64,000 bases of DNA from Dehalococcoidia bacterium. Its GTDB lineage: Bacteria > Chloroflexota > Dehalococcoidia > Lucifugimonadales > JAGWBF01. Location of the stretch: contig CBDFGQ010000006.1 in NCBI GenBank assembly GCA_965247295.1, positions 483,527 through 547,526 on the forward strand, written 5' to 3'. The notes beneath the pieces are model-generated. The model made no database searches and was not told where the DNA came from. It worked only from the letters and a program-made list of their open reading frames with translations. Shown in pieces: positions 1-9,631 of this stretch. How positions within the stretch are numbered: the first letter of the stretch is position 1; each line of letters opens with the position of its first letter. Position numbers and translations under genes: made by a program.

Positions 1-1560
1 CTCCGGGTGAAGCGGGGGCTGGTGGTGATCACCAAGGCCGACCTGGTAGAGGAGGAGCTGGTGGAGCTGGTGAAGGCCGAGGTCGAGGAGGCCCTTACGG
101 GCACCAGCTTCGAGGGGTCCACCATCCTGGCTGTATCCGCCTACACGGGCCAGGGGCTGGACGGGCTAAAGGATGCCATCGACGCCATGCTGGACTCCAC
201 CGAGGCCCGCAAGGACCTGGGGCGGCCCCGGTTGCCCGTGGACCGGTGCTTCACCGTGGCCGGGTTTGGCACGGTGGTCACGGGGACCCTGATCGACGGC
301 ACCCTATCCGTCGGGCAGGAGGTACAGCTAGCCCTATCCGGAATCAGGGGACGCATTCGCGGCCTCCAGAGCCATAGGAAGAAGCTGGGCCACGCCGACC
401 CTGGAATACGGCTGGCGGTGAACCTTTCGGGGACCGACCGGGAACAGGTAAAGCGAGGGGATTTAATTACTTCCTCGGGGTGGCTCCGGCCGACTACCAG
501 GCTGGATGCGCAGCTGAGGCTGGTCCAAGACGCCCCCCGGCCCCTTAAGCACAACGAAGGCGTCACCCTTCACCTCTTCACCAGCGAGACTCCCGCCAGG
601 GTGCGACTCCTTGACGTCGACGTTCTGAGGCCGGGGCAAGAGGGATGGGCGCAGATACACCTTCAGGAGCCGGTTCCTACCGTGAAGGGCGACCTGTTCG
701 TGATCCGCTCCTCCGAGGACACCCTGGGCGGAGGCAAGGTGGTGGACCCCCACCCCGCCCGCCGCCACCGCCGCTACGTTGAAGCGACTATCCAACGCCT
801 GATGGCGATGGGGGAGGGGATTGGGGAGGATGCGCTGCTCAACGTCCTAGAGCACCAGGGCCCCTGTGACATCAACACCCTGTCCCAGCGGGCCAACCTG
901 TCCAAGGTTGAAGCCGTTGCCAGGACCATGGAGCTGGCACAGGAAGGTCAGCTGGTGTTGCTGGGGGATGGCTCCTCCCAGCGCGAATCCCTGGTGTACT
1001 CAACGGGAGCCTGGGAGGCGCTTAGGGGCAAAGTCTCACAGGCGTTGCTCAGCTATCACCGGCAGCACCCCTTACACAAGGGCATTTCCAGGGAGGAGCT
1101 TCGAAGCCGCCTGGGCCTCTCATCGCAGACCCTACCCAGGGTGCTGAGGCGTCTGGCGGAGCAGGGCGACCTGGTTGAGGGAGGTGCCCATGTGGGCCTG
1201 CCCAACCACAGCGTCACCCTCAACGCCTCCCAACAACGGCAGGTGGACGATTACGTCAGGGCCCTGGAGTCCGAACCCTATTCGCCACCCACCGACCGTT
1301 CCCTGGATCCGGAGCTCCTGGCACTGCTGATAGACGAGGGGAAAGTGGTGAAGGTGAATGAAACGGTGGTGTTCGGCTCAACCGCGTTCAAGGATATGGT
1401 GGAGAAGATAGTCGCTCATGCCAGGGAGCAGGGCAAGATCACCGTGGCCGAGGGCAGAAACCTGTTCGGCACCAGCCGCAAGTACATGCTTCCCCTGCTG
1501 GAGTACCTGGACCAGCAGCATGTGACCCGCCGCGTGGGTGACGAGCGGGTGCTGAGGTAG
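1..1560 (+). CDS. selB: Selenocysteine-specific translation elongation factor SelB, 5' end cut by window edge
   Basis: Frame is open to position 1. TKAD G4-type motif (VVITKADL), EF-Tu-like beta-barrel domains, and a long C-terminal winged-helix-like extension typical of SelB. Confidence 0.85.
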   Translation, partial: LRVKRGLVVITKADLVEEELVELVKAEVEEALTGTSFEGSTILAVSAYTGQGLDGLKDAIDAMLDSTEARKDLGRPRLPVDRCFTVAGFGTVVTGTLIDGTLSVGQEVQLALSGIRGRIRGLQSHRKKLGHADPGIRLAVNLSGTDREQVKRGDLITSSGWLRPTTRLDAQLRLVQDAPRPLKHNEGVTLHLFTSETPARVRLLDVDVLRPGQEGWAQIHLQEPVPTVKGDLFVIRSSEDTLGGGKVVDPHPARRHRRYVEATIQRLMAMGEGIGEDALLNVLEHQGPCDINTLSQRANLSKVEAVARTMELAQEGQLVLLGDGSSQRESLVYSTGAWEALRGKVSQALLSYHRQHPLHKGISREELRSRLGLSSQTLPRVLRRLAEQGDLVEGGAHVGLPNHSVTLNASQQRQVDDYVRALESEPYSPPTDRSLDPELLALLIDEGKVVKVNETVVFGSTAFKDMVEKIVAHAREQGKITVAEGRNLFGTSRKYMLPLLEYLDQQHVTRRVGDERVLR

Positions 1561-1565
1561 GTCGG

Positions 1566-2777
1566 ATGGCTCTTGACCTGTCCAAGACCCTGGTCCAGCT
1601 TGACGGCCTGGCACGACGCCTGTCCGACAGGCAGGACGACTGGGCGCAGCGCCTGGGCCGTGCCCTCGACGCTATGAAGGGGGCCGATCCCTCCCAGGTG
1701 CGGCAGAAGATATCATCCAACGTGGGAAGGCCGTACCTGTGCGCGGACCTGGTGGACGGCCTTGCGGGAGCGTATGGCCCTCAGGCCATCCCAGAGGACT
1801 TCTGCGTGGCGTCTGTGGACGGTTCCCACATAGACGTGGACCGCCACCTGCCGGTGCGCTGCTACCTCATCAACATCGGCGGTTGCCTCCTGACCTACGG
1901 CTCCGATCCCGGCGCGGAGCTTTTCAGCCGACCTACCCTTCATACAGAGGACCAAGACCTTTATATGACCAGCTCCGTTTCCGGGTCAAGGGATGAGGTG
2001 CCTGTGGAGGGGCTCCTGGTGGGGTTGAAGCGGTCCGTGCAGGAGGTGAGGGAGCTGGCGCAGCTGGCTCGGGAGGCCCCAGGCCAGCTGCCCCTGCTGG
2101 CCCTTGTCGATGGCTCTCTGGTGCTGTGGGGGCTGGCCGGCGGGGGGTACCAGCCGTTTGTCCGGGAGGAGATGGTTTCTCGCGGACTCATCCCCAGTCT
2201 GGACCAGCTCCGGGAGCTGTCCCTACTGCGGAGGTTGGTGGTCGCATCCTACATAAGCCTTCCCCAGAGCAGGGAGGTGGTGAACTTGCTTCGCCTCTAC
2301 CTGTGCCCCAACGACGGGGAGGAGTGCCGCCAGGTCTGTAGCGGATACCGCTCCAGCCTGGCCCCATGCGACATGCTGAGCGGTATTATGGACCGACACC
2401 TGTTTGGGGAGCTGCTGGCCCCGGGCGAGCGCTCCGACCTTTACATCACCAACTCGTCCGTCTCCAGGGATTTCTACGGTCCCCACAGGGTGCATTTCTA
2501 CTACATGAACACGGGAGAGGAGATAGCTCGGGTAGAGATGCCGGAATGGGTCGCTATGGATGGTGGGGCCCTGGCACTGGGCCACGCCCTGATTATGGAC
2601 CAGTGTATCCGAGGGAGGGGATACCCCACCGCGATCTCCGAAGCCCACGAGCAAGCTGTGCTCACCGGGCCCGACAGGGAGAGCTTCAATGGGCTGGTGG
2701 CGGATACGCTGGCCCGTAACCGCCTGCCCGTATACACGTCGGAGAAGAACCTCTCCAAACGGGTGCGATGGCTGTGA
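1566..2777 (+). CDS. NurA-like nuclease domain protein
   Basis: DGS motifs typical of NurA (ASVDGSHIDVDRH; LALVDGSLVLWGL). Starts 5 nt after the selB stop and overlaps the next ORF by 10 nt. Confidence 0.6.
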   Translation: MALDLSKTLVQLDGLARRLSDRQDDWAQRLGRALDAMKGADPSQVRQKISSNVGRPYLCADLVDGLAGAYGPQAIPEDFCVASVDGSHIDVDRHLPVRCYLINIGGCLLTYGSDPGAELFSRPTLHTEDQDLYMTSSVSGSRDEVPVEGLLVGLKRSVQEVRELAQLAREAPGQLPLLALVDGSLVLWGLAGGGYQPFVREEMVSRGLIPSLDQLRELSLLRRLVVASYISLPQSREVVNLLRLYLCPNDGEECRQVCSGYRSSLAPCDMLSGIMDRHLFGELLAPGERSDLYITNSSVSRDFYGPHRVHFYYMNTGEEIARVEMPEWVAMDGGALALGHALIMDQCIRGRGYPTAISEAHEQAVLTGPDRESFNGLVADTLARNRLPVYTSEKNLSKRVRWL

Positions 2778-3451
2778 TGCAAGAGGGGTCCACGGAGGAC
2801 GGGACGGCCCTCGAGCGCATCGGCGAGGTGGTGGAGTCCGCGTCGGACCGGTTCACGGCCCAGTGCTATGTCTTATACAGTTCGCCACCCCTGGGAGCAT
2901 TCGTCCGCACCCTCACCCCGGCCTCGGGCAACCCGTCTCCCACCGGGGGAGAGGACGGGAGTCAGGGTATCTACGCCGTCGTGTACGGCATACGGACCGA
3001 GCCCCTCGACCCCAGCCGGCCCATCGTCGCCAGGGGCCAGGAAGAGGACAGGGAAGAGGATATTTACCGCAGCAACCCACAGCTGGCGCGCCTGATGTCC
3101 ACCCGTTTGGACGCCCTCATCGTCGGGCACGGCGACGGGGCCAACGTGCACCAGTACCTGCCCGGCCAGCCTCCCCGGATCCACGCCTTTGTCTATAGCT
3201 GCACCCCAGAGGAAACGGAACAGTTCACCCGTTCGCTGGACTACCTGAACCTGCTGGTCAACTCCTTTCCCGCGGGTCGGGGTATGGCCGACGAGGTCAT
3301 CGCCGCTTGCCTCCGTCACGCCAGCGCTCAGGTAGAGGACTCCCGTGACTTCCTGGTGCGGGCGGCCAGGGAGCTGGCTGGCCAGCTCGCGGAAGACGTG
3401 TCACGGCTAAACTCTATTCTGAGGAGGCTTTCCCCATGGCCGGCGGACTGA
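2768..3451 (+). CDS. Hypothetical protein, possible stand-alone HAS-barrel-like subunit
   Basis: Translationally coupled on both sides (overlaps 2768/2777 and 3436/3451). Its N-terminal pattern resembles the barrel segment of the downstream HerA-like protein. No catalytic motif recognised. Confidence 0.45.
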   Translation: MAVMQEGSTEDGTALERIGEVVESASDRFTAQCYVLYSSPPLGAFVRTLTPASGNPSPTGGEDGSQGIYAVVYGIRTEPLDPSRPIVARGQEEDREEDIYRSNPQLARLMSTRLDALIVGHGDGANVHQYLPGQPPRIHAFVYSCTPEETEQFTRSLDYLNLLVNSFPAGRGMADEVIAACLRHASAQVEDSRDFLVRAARELAGQLAEDVSRLNSILRRLSPWPAD

Positions 3452-5094
3452 CTTCACGCGAATCTAATGGCAAGCTGCTGGGCGCCGTGGTGGATGGGTC
3501 TCTGACCCGGGGTGTGGAGATACGCCTCGACCCCACTACCTCCGTTGAGGACATCAAGGTTGGCACCTTCGTGACCGTCCATGGGGAGAGGTTGCGTTTT
3601 TTCGGCGTCGTCACCGACGTGGCCCTCGGAACTTCGGACACAAGTCTTAGGTACAACCCTCCCGACGTCAGCGACCCCTTCGTCGCACAGGTGGTCGCCG
3701 GCACCATGGCTTACGGCACCATCTCGGTGCTTCCGGCCCTGACAATGCCGGCCGTGATGGGAGATTCCTCGGGACCCTCGCCCGCCAAGACCGTGCCCGC
3801 CCACTTCTCCAGCGTGTACGCCGCATCGGAGCGGGACGTTGGCCTGGTGTTCGGCGGCGAGGACGAGCGCCACTTCTGGATCGGCAACCCGCTGGACATG
3901 GAGGCCAAGGTGTGCCTGGACCTGAAGGCTCTGACCGAGCGTTCCATTGGGGTCTTCGGCAAGACCGGCACGGGCAAGACCTTCCTCACCCGCCTGCTCC
4001 TCGTCGGCATCATCCAGAGCGACTTGGCCTCAAGCCTCATCTTCGATATGCACAGCGAGTATGGTTGGCAAGGCCGCAGAGAAGGGGGTACTGTCGTCAA
4101 AGGGCTGAAACAGCTTTTCCCTTCCAAGGTTGCCGTATTCTCTCTGGACGAGGAGAGCTCACGCCGCAGGGGACTCTCCCCCGACGAGGTGGTTCGCATC
4201 GGCTACGACGAGATAGGGCCAGAAGACGTCGAGGTGCTTCAAGAGAACCTGGGCCTTTCCTCCGCCGCCACCGACGCGGCACACAGCCTGGAGCGACGCC
4301 TTGGAGCCAGGCGGTGGCTGGAGGAGTTCCTTTCCCTGGAGGGAAGGGATGCGGTGTTCGACCAGGCATCCCAAATTGGCGTGCAACCCCAGGCCCTGGC
4401 AGCCCTGCACAACAGGCTCTCCCGCTTCAAGAGATACGGCTTCCTGAGCCCCAGTGTCCAGTACGACTCGGTGCAGCGCATCCTGGAGCACCTCGACCGG
4501 GGGATGCACGTGGTGCTGGAGTTCGGCCGGTACGGCAACGACCTCAACGCCTATATCCTGGTGTCCAACCTCCTCACCAGGCGCATCCACGAGCGGTACG
4601 TGCGGCGCAAGGAGGAGTCGGAGGGTGGTGAAGGGGTGGAGCCCCGGCCCCTGGTGATTACCATCGAGGAGTCCCACAAGTTTCTCAGCCCCTCGGTGGC
4701 CTCCCAGACCATCTTCGGGACCATCGCCCGGGAGATGCGCAAGTACAACGTGACCCTCATGGTGATCGACCAGCGGCCCGGCGCCATAGACTCGGAGGTG
4801 ATGAGCCAGGTGGGCACCAGGCTTACCTGCCTGCTGGACGACGACAGGGACATAGACGCGGTCCTGGGCGGAGCACCGGGCAGCCGAGAGCTGAGGGCGG
4901 TCCTGGCCCGGCTGGAGTCCAGGCAACAGGCTCTCATCTTCGGCCATGCAGTGCCCATGCCCGTGGTGGTCCACACCAGGGAGTACGGCTCGCCCAGGTT
5001 CTACTCCGAGTTGAGCACCCCCCTTCCCAGGCGAGCAGAAGATGGCGCCGGGCCGCAACGATCCCTGAAGGAGGAGATAGGGGACCTGTTTTAG
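3436..5094 (+). CDS. HerA-like FtsK/HerA-superfamily ATPase
   Basis: N-terminal HAS-barrel-like segment, Walker A GVFGKTGTGKTFL, and Walker B-like PLVITIEESHKF. Confidence 0.75.
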   Translation: MAGGLTSRESNGKLLGAVVDGSLTRGVEIRLDPTTSVEDIKVGTFVTVHGERLRFFGVVTDVALGTSDTSLRYNPPDVSDPFVAQVVAGTMAYGTISVLPALTMPAVMGDSSGPSPAKTVPAHFSSVYAASERDVGLVFGGEDERHFWIGNPLDMEAKVCLDLKALTERSIGVFGKTGTGKTFLTRLLLVGIIQSDLASSLIFDMHSEYGWQGRREGGTVVKGLKQLFPSKVAVFSLDEESSRRRGLSPDEVVRIGYDEIGPEDVEVLQENLGLSSAATDAAHSLERRLGARRWLEEFLSLEGRDAVFDQASQIGVQPQALAALHNRLSRFKRYGFLSPSVQYDSVQRILEHLDRGMHVVLEFGRYGNDLNAYILVSNLLTRRIHERYVRRKEESEGGEGVEPRPLVITIEESHKFLSPSVASQTIFGTIAREMRKYNVTLMVIDQRPGAIDSEVMSQVGTRLTCLLDDDRDIDAVLGGAPGSRELRAVLARLESRQQALIFGHAVPMPVVVHTREYGSPRFYSELSTPLPRRAEDGAGPQRSLKEEIGDLF

Positions 5095-5238
5095 GTCGCG
5101 CTAATATGCATTTTTGGGGTCGGACGTTACCCGCAAAGCGTCTCCGTACACTCGACAGCAAATATCCGAGCTCCTCGTACGGGGTGAACAAGAACTTGCT
5201 CCAGCGCTTCTAACACGGGACTGCTCAAAGGAGACGAT

Positions 5239-5610
5239 ATGCAAATCTATAGCCAAACCGAACTCCGAGACCTGGTGGACGCTTTGAACGCACTCCATCC
5301 CCCTTTTGACCAGTGGAAGTACACGAACTCGCGCAAGGGACATGAAGACGAGTTCGGCGCCATAATTCAAAACGGTGATGTGTATTTCAAGCGGGAACAT
5401 GGCGGTTATGACCAAGCGTTGAAGCTCTCAAGAGATTCCATGGAGAAGTTAGTATTTTGTATCTTCGATGGAAACCTCGGGCTGTTGGCGATGTGTAAAA
5501 GGTTAGTTGAAGAATATCAGGAGGCGGTAGCGGAGGACCACCGCAAGCACAGCCCCCTGCCAGGATTACTTGACCACTTAGAAAAGAGCAGCAGCTCAGA
5601 GGCTCCATGA
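5239..5610 (+). CDS. Hypothetical protein (orphan in visibly AT-richer patch)
   Basis: Strong SD (AAGGAG) 6 nt upstream of the ATG. Plausible amino-acid composition. No motif recognised. Confidence 0.5.
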   Translation: MQIYSQTELRDLVDALNALHPPFDQWKYTNSRKGHEDEFGAIIQNGDVYFKREHGGYDQALKLSRDSMEKLVFCIFDGNLGLLAMCKRLVEEYQEAVAEDHRKHSPLPGLLDHLEKSSSSEAP

Positions 5611-5778
5611 CGGCCCCGGTGCGGTTCGAGGACTCCGTCACCTTGAACGGCCAGGCGCTGGAGCTCACCATACCGCCTTCGCGTACATCCGATTAGAGCC
5701 TCTTCAGTTACCCTGGCGGGTCCCCCGATGGTACAATGTGAGGTGTGAACGTCGCGTACTCCAGGCCCACGACTACGG

Positions 5779-5821
5779 CCCCGCCCTAACGTAACTCAGG
5801 CATAGGGCGGGGTTATATTTT
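5779..5821 (+). terminator. Possible intrinsic terminator
   Basis: 9-bp GC stem (ccccgccct / agggcgggg) followed by ttatatttt. The loop is rather large (16 nt). Confidence 0.35.
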
Positions 5822-5842
5822 GGGGGAAGGCGGGACACGCAG

Positions 5843-6913
5843 GTGGACATCCTCAGCTACATGGGAACGCACGGCCACGAGCAGATCGTGGCCTGCTCGG
5901 AGCCCGCGGCGGGCCTGCGGGCCTTCATCGCCATCCACGACACCACCCTGGGCCCCGCCATGGGAGGGCTGCGGATATGGCCCCATAAGACAGAGGAGGA
6001 GGCCATGTTGGATGCGCTTCGCCTCTCGAAGGCCATGACCTACAAGTCGGCGGCGGCGGGCCTGCCCCTGGGCGGGGGCAAGGCCGTCATCATGGCTGAC
6101 CCCCATAAGGACAAGACCGAGGCGATGCTGCGCGCCTACGCCCGCCACGTGGATGCCCTCGGCGGCCGGTACATCACCACCACCGACGTGGGCTCTACGA
6201 TGCGGGACCTGGAGTACATCGCGATGGAGACCAGGCACGTGACGGGTCTGCCCACCTCCATGGGGGGTAGTGGTGAGACTTCACTGCTCACCGGGCTGGG
6301 GGTGTACATGGGGATGAAAGCCTGCGCTAAGGCCGTGTGGGGGTCCGACTCCCTCTCGGGCAGGACCGTGGCCGTGCAGGGCTTTGGAAAGGTGGCCTAT
6401 CATACGGCCCAGCACCTGGCCAAGGAGGGCGTGACCATCGTGGCCACCGACGTATACGAGGGTGCGCTGGAGGTGGCCCGCAAGCTGGGTGCCAAGGTAG
6501 TGGGCACCGAGGAGATCTACGACGTTCCCTGCGACATCTTCTCTCCCTGCGCCTTGGGAGGGGTCCTGAACCGCCGCACCATCCCTCGCCTGAAGTGCCG
6601 CATCGTGGCGGGCGGGGCCAATAATCAGCTCCTAGAGGACGAGGACGGCTATACGCTCAACCGGAAGGGCATATTATACGCCCCTGACTACATCATAAAC
6701 GCGGGTGGAATTATCAACGTCTCATGCGAGATGAACGGAAGCTACAGTGTGGAACGTGCCACGCAGATGACCGAGCGCATCTACGAGACCCTGGAGCGGG
6801 TGCTACACACCGCTTCCACGGAGGAGATTCCGACATCCCAGGCGGCCGACCGGCTTGCGGTGGAGCGGATAGAGTCGGTCCGCAAGGTCAAGGGTATCTT
6901 CCGCCCCCGTTGA
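5843..6913 (+). CDS. Glu/Leu/Phe/Val dehydrogenase family enzyme (leucine/valine/phenylalanine dehydrogenase-like)
   Basis: GGLRIWPH and LPLGGGKAVI motifs plus a Rossmann GFGKVA segment. Size about 355 aa. Confidence 0.85.
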   Translation: MDILSYMGTHGHEQIVACSEPAAGLRAFIAIHDTTLGPAMGGLRIWPHKTEEEAMLDALRLSKAMTYKSAAAGLPLGGGKAVIMADPHKDKTEAMLRAYARHVDALGGRYITTTDVGSTMRDLEYIAMETRHVTGLPTSMGGSGETSLLTGLGVYMGMKACAKAVWGSDSLSGRTVAVQGFGKVAYHTAQHLAKEGVTIVATDVYEGALEVARKLGAKVVGTEEIYDVPCDIFSPCALGGVLNRRTIPRLKCRIVAGGANNQLLEDEDGYTLNRKGILYAPDYIINAGGIINVSCEMNGSYSVERATQMTERIYETLERVLHTASTEEIPTSQAADRLAVERIESVRKVKGIFRPR

Positions 6914-6938
6914 AGCGGCCCGGATTGATACTGTATTT

Positions 6939-7163
6939 CTAGGACGCCATGGTCGGCGCGTCGAAGGTAGGAGTCTTGTTGCGGTGTGCGCTGTCGCAGA
7001 AGGGCTTGTTGTCGGACATGCCGCAGCGGCACAGGGATACCCACTGGCCCTCGGGCAGCTTGAACTCGTTGCCCTCGTGGTCCACCATGGTCATGGGTCC
7101 CTCCACCCTGTATGGGCCGTTCGTCCGGACCGTTATCTTTACGTCAGCCATCTGACCTCCCAT
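6939..7163 (-). CDS. CDGSH-type iron-sulfur domain protein
   Basis: CRCGMSDNKPFCDSAH matches the C-x-C-x2-S-x3-P-x-C-D-x2-H signature. Confidence 0.8.
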   Translation of the reverse strand: MGGQMADVKITVRTNGPYRVEGPMTMVDHEGNEFKLPEGQWVSLCRCGMSDNKPFCDSAHRNKTPTFDAPTMAS

Positions 7164-7292
7164 TCGTTCTAGGGTTGAGTGAATGCGTATGCAGGTAGAC
7201 CGGCATAGTGGCCTACGGCGGTGACTATTCTGCCACCAAAGGCGTGGGGTGTCAATCGCGCCTCGTCGGGCTGACGTAGCCTCGGGCCAAGC

Positions 7293-7664
7293 CTACCCGT
7301 ATCCCAGCCGCTCCAGGTCCTCCTCGCTCATGCCCAGGTAGTGCCCCACCTCGTGTAGTACCGTGACCCTTATCTCGCGGACCACGTCCTCGCGGGAGGA
7401 GGAGGCCGATTCGATGGCCCGCTGGAACAGAGTTATGGTGTCCGGCAGAAGAGGCAGCCCGCCGTCTCGCTCCCCTAACGGTACGCCGGTGTACAGCCCG
7501 AACAGCTGGCCCCGTCCCGTGACTCCAGCCTCATCCAGCTCCTCAGCGCTGGGCCAGTCCTCCACCAGAATGGCCACATTTTCCATGGAGCGTTTAACCC
7601 CTTGCGGCAATTCCTCCAGCGCCTGGCGGACCAATCTCTCGAACTCCTCGCGGCTCAGGTGCAT
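7293..7664 (-). CDS. Small zinc metallopeptidase-family protein
   Basis: HEVGHYLGMSEEDL (HExxH) near the C-terminus. Size about 120 aa. Confidence 0.65.
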   Translation of the reverse strand: MHLSREEFERLVRQALEELPQGVKRSMENVAILVEDWPSAEELDEAGVTGRGQLFGLYTGVPLGERDGGLPLLPDTITLFQRAIESASSSREDVVREIRVTVLHEVGHYLGMSEEDLERLGYG

Positions 7665-7669
7665 TGGGG

Positions 7670-8530
7670 TCAGGATGCCACCCGGGCACGGATGTCTTTC
7701 AATATGTCCAGGTTCTCCTTATCGGGGCCCTTGTTCTCGGCGCCGGGCACCTCCAGGAAGAAGGGCAGTTCCCGGAAGGCCGGGTTACCCATGATGTTCT
7801 CGAAACCGCTCATGCCGATGTATCCCTGGCCGATGTTCTCGTGGCGGTCCACGCCTCCTCCAAGGGCGTACTTGGAGTCATTGGCGTGCACGGCCACCAG
7901 GTTTTCCAGCCCGATGCTCTCGTCAAACTCCGCTAGCATGGCGTCCAGGCCATCCTTGGTGGCCACATCGTACCCGGCGGCGTAGGAGTGCTGGGTGTCC
8001 AGACACACCTTGAGCCTTCCCCTGTGGACCTGGTCCACCGCAGCGATAATCCGGCCCAGCTCCTCCAGCTTTGCCCCGATGTGCTGTCCCATGCCGGCCG
8101 TGTTTTCCAGGGTGAGCCAGGGGCCTTCGGGGGAGCTCTCCAGGACCCGCTCCAGACTGGACACCGTCTGTCTAAAAATAGCCTCATAGCCGGCGCCCTT
8201 GTGGCTTCCCGGGTGCAGAACCACCCCGCTGGCCCCGACTTCGGCGGCCAGGGCCATGCAGTTGATAAGAGACTCGATACCCTTCTCCAGCAAGGCCGGG
8301 TTGGGCGTGCCCAGATTGATGAGGTAGATAGCGTGGAAGTAGATGGGGGTGATGCCCGCCGCCGTCGACTTCTCCCTAAAGTCGCTGGCCAAGGCCTCGG
8401 GGACGGGCTTGAAGGCCCAGCTCTGGGGCGAGGAGCCGAATATCTGTATGGCCTCACAACCCAACTCCACGCCGCGGTCAATGGCTTTAACCAGGCCTCC
8501 CGCGGTGGACACGTGGGCTCCGAGCCTCAT
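7670..8530 (-). CDS. nfo: Endonuclease IV (AP endonuclease)
   Basis: MRLGAHVSTAGGL start, TIM-barrel Nfo-like sequence, 286 aa. Confidence 0.9.
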   Translation of the reverse strand: MRLGAHVSTAGGLVKAIDRGVELGCEAIQIFGSSPQSWAFKPVPEALASDFREKSTAAGITPIYFHAIYLINLGTPNPALLEKGIESLINCMALAAEVGASGVVLHPGSHKGAGYEAIFRQTVSSLERVLESSPEGPWLTLENTAGMGQHIGAKLEELGRIIAAVDQVHRGRLKVCLDTQHSYAAGYDVATKDGLDAMLAEFDESIGLENLVAVHANDSKYALGGGVDRHENIGQGYIGMSGFENIMGNPAFRELPFFLEVPGAENKGPDKENLDILKDIRARVAS

Positions 8531-8654
8531 GGGTCCCCCTTTCGGTGAGTGTGCTGGCGAATCACGTTACAGTGGATTTATAAGCCCACCCTCGTACGCC
8601 GCAGCAAGGGCCGGCGCCTGGCAGTCGGGTCAAGCTAGGGCTGTGACTGCTACG

Positions 8655-9629
8655 CTAGCCCCCGGGGGCGCCACTTGCCGGCGCCCGCCTGGGAAAGCGC
8701 AGCGCCCTGCGTATCTCGCCAAGGTCCCACATCACCAGGAACTGGCTGGCTACACCCACGGAGCTGTAGGTGCCCACTACCACCCCTATGGCCAGCACCA
8801 ACAGGAGGCCCCGGATGGTTGGACCGCCGAACAGGAGCAGCGCCAGCAGGACAAAAAGCGTGGTGAGGCTGGTGTTTAGGGAACGTGCCAGGGTCTCCAT
8901 GATGCTGGTATTTATAACTCCGGGCAGGGGCCGGTCTATGTTTCGGGCCACGTTCTCCCTGATACGGTCGAAGACGACGATGGTGTCGTTCACACTGTAC
9001 CCCAGCACGGTCAGCAGCCCCACGATAAACATGGCGTTTACTTCCAGGTTTATTACCTTGCCCAGAATAGAGAAGACCCCGATGATGAGGGCCATGTCGT
9101 GGACGAGGGCGACGATGGCGGAGACGCCGTAGCGAAAGGAGTTGGGTATCGCTCGAAACGCCCAGGTTACGTACACGAGGATCCCTATGGCCGCCAGGAT
9201 GACGACTACAATGGCGTAGGTGACCGTCTCACTGGCTATGATGGAGGATACGCTGTCGAACTCCCTGAGCTCAATTGGGGCTATATCTGCGGCCAAAGCC
9301 TCCTCGACGATGGCTATCTCGGAAGTGATGGTGCCGTCGGTCGCGTCCACCTCCGGCTCCAACACGTCGGTGCGTATGAAGACGGACCGGGCTCCGGTCT
9401 TCTGTATCAGCGCCTCGGGATGGCCCAGGCCGGTGAGCACGGCCCTGATATCGTCCTCGTTTATCTCTTCTTGCAGGCCCGCCTCGGCGAAGGTTATATT
9501 CAGCGCAGACCCACTGGTGAAGTCGATGCCTGGCTTTAGGGCCGGGGGTATCATCAAGGAGATAAGCCCCGGAAGGATAATTAACGCCGAGATGAGAAAG
9601 AACCAACGCCTTTTTCCCACAATGTCCAA
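8655..9629 (-). CDS. secF: Protein translocase subunit SecF
   Basis: Typical SecF N-terminus and six-TM C-terminal region. Lies directly downstream of secD. Confidence 0.9.
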   Translation of the reverse strand: MDIVGKRRWFFLISALIILPGLISLMIPPALKPGIDFTSGSALNITFAEAGLQEEINEDDIRAVLTGLGHPEALIQKTGARSVFIRTDVLEPEVDATDGTITSEIAIVEEALAADIAPIELREFDSVSSIIASETVTYAIVVVILAAIGILVYVTWAFRAIPNSFRYGVSAIVALVHDMALIIGVFSILGKVINLEVNAMFIVGLLTVLGYSVNDTIVVFDRIRENVARNIDRPLPGVINTSIMETLARSLNTSLTTLFVLLALLLFGGPTIRGLLLVLAIGVVVGTYSSVGVASQFLVMWDLGEIRRALRFPRRAPASGAPGG

Positions 9630-9631
9630 GT

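Noticed and set aside
4159-5058. Long antisense ORFs inside confident genes, e.g. 299 aa opposite the herA-like gene, 397 aa at 42978-44171 opposite hsdR, 203 aa at 21573-22184, and 212 aa at 53719-54357 opposite galU.
   Set aside because: These are typical shadow ORFs of GC-rich DNA. They are rich in Arg/Pro/Gly, lack SD sequences, and fully overlap genes with clear family motifs.
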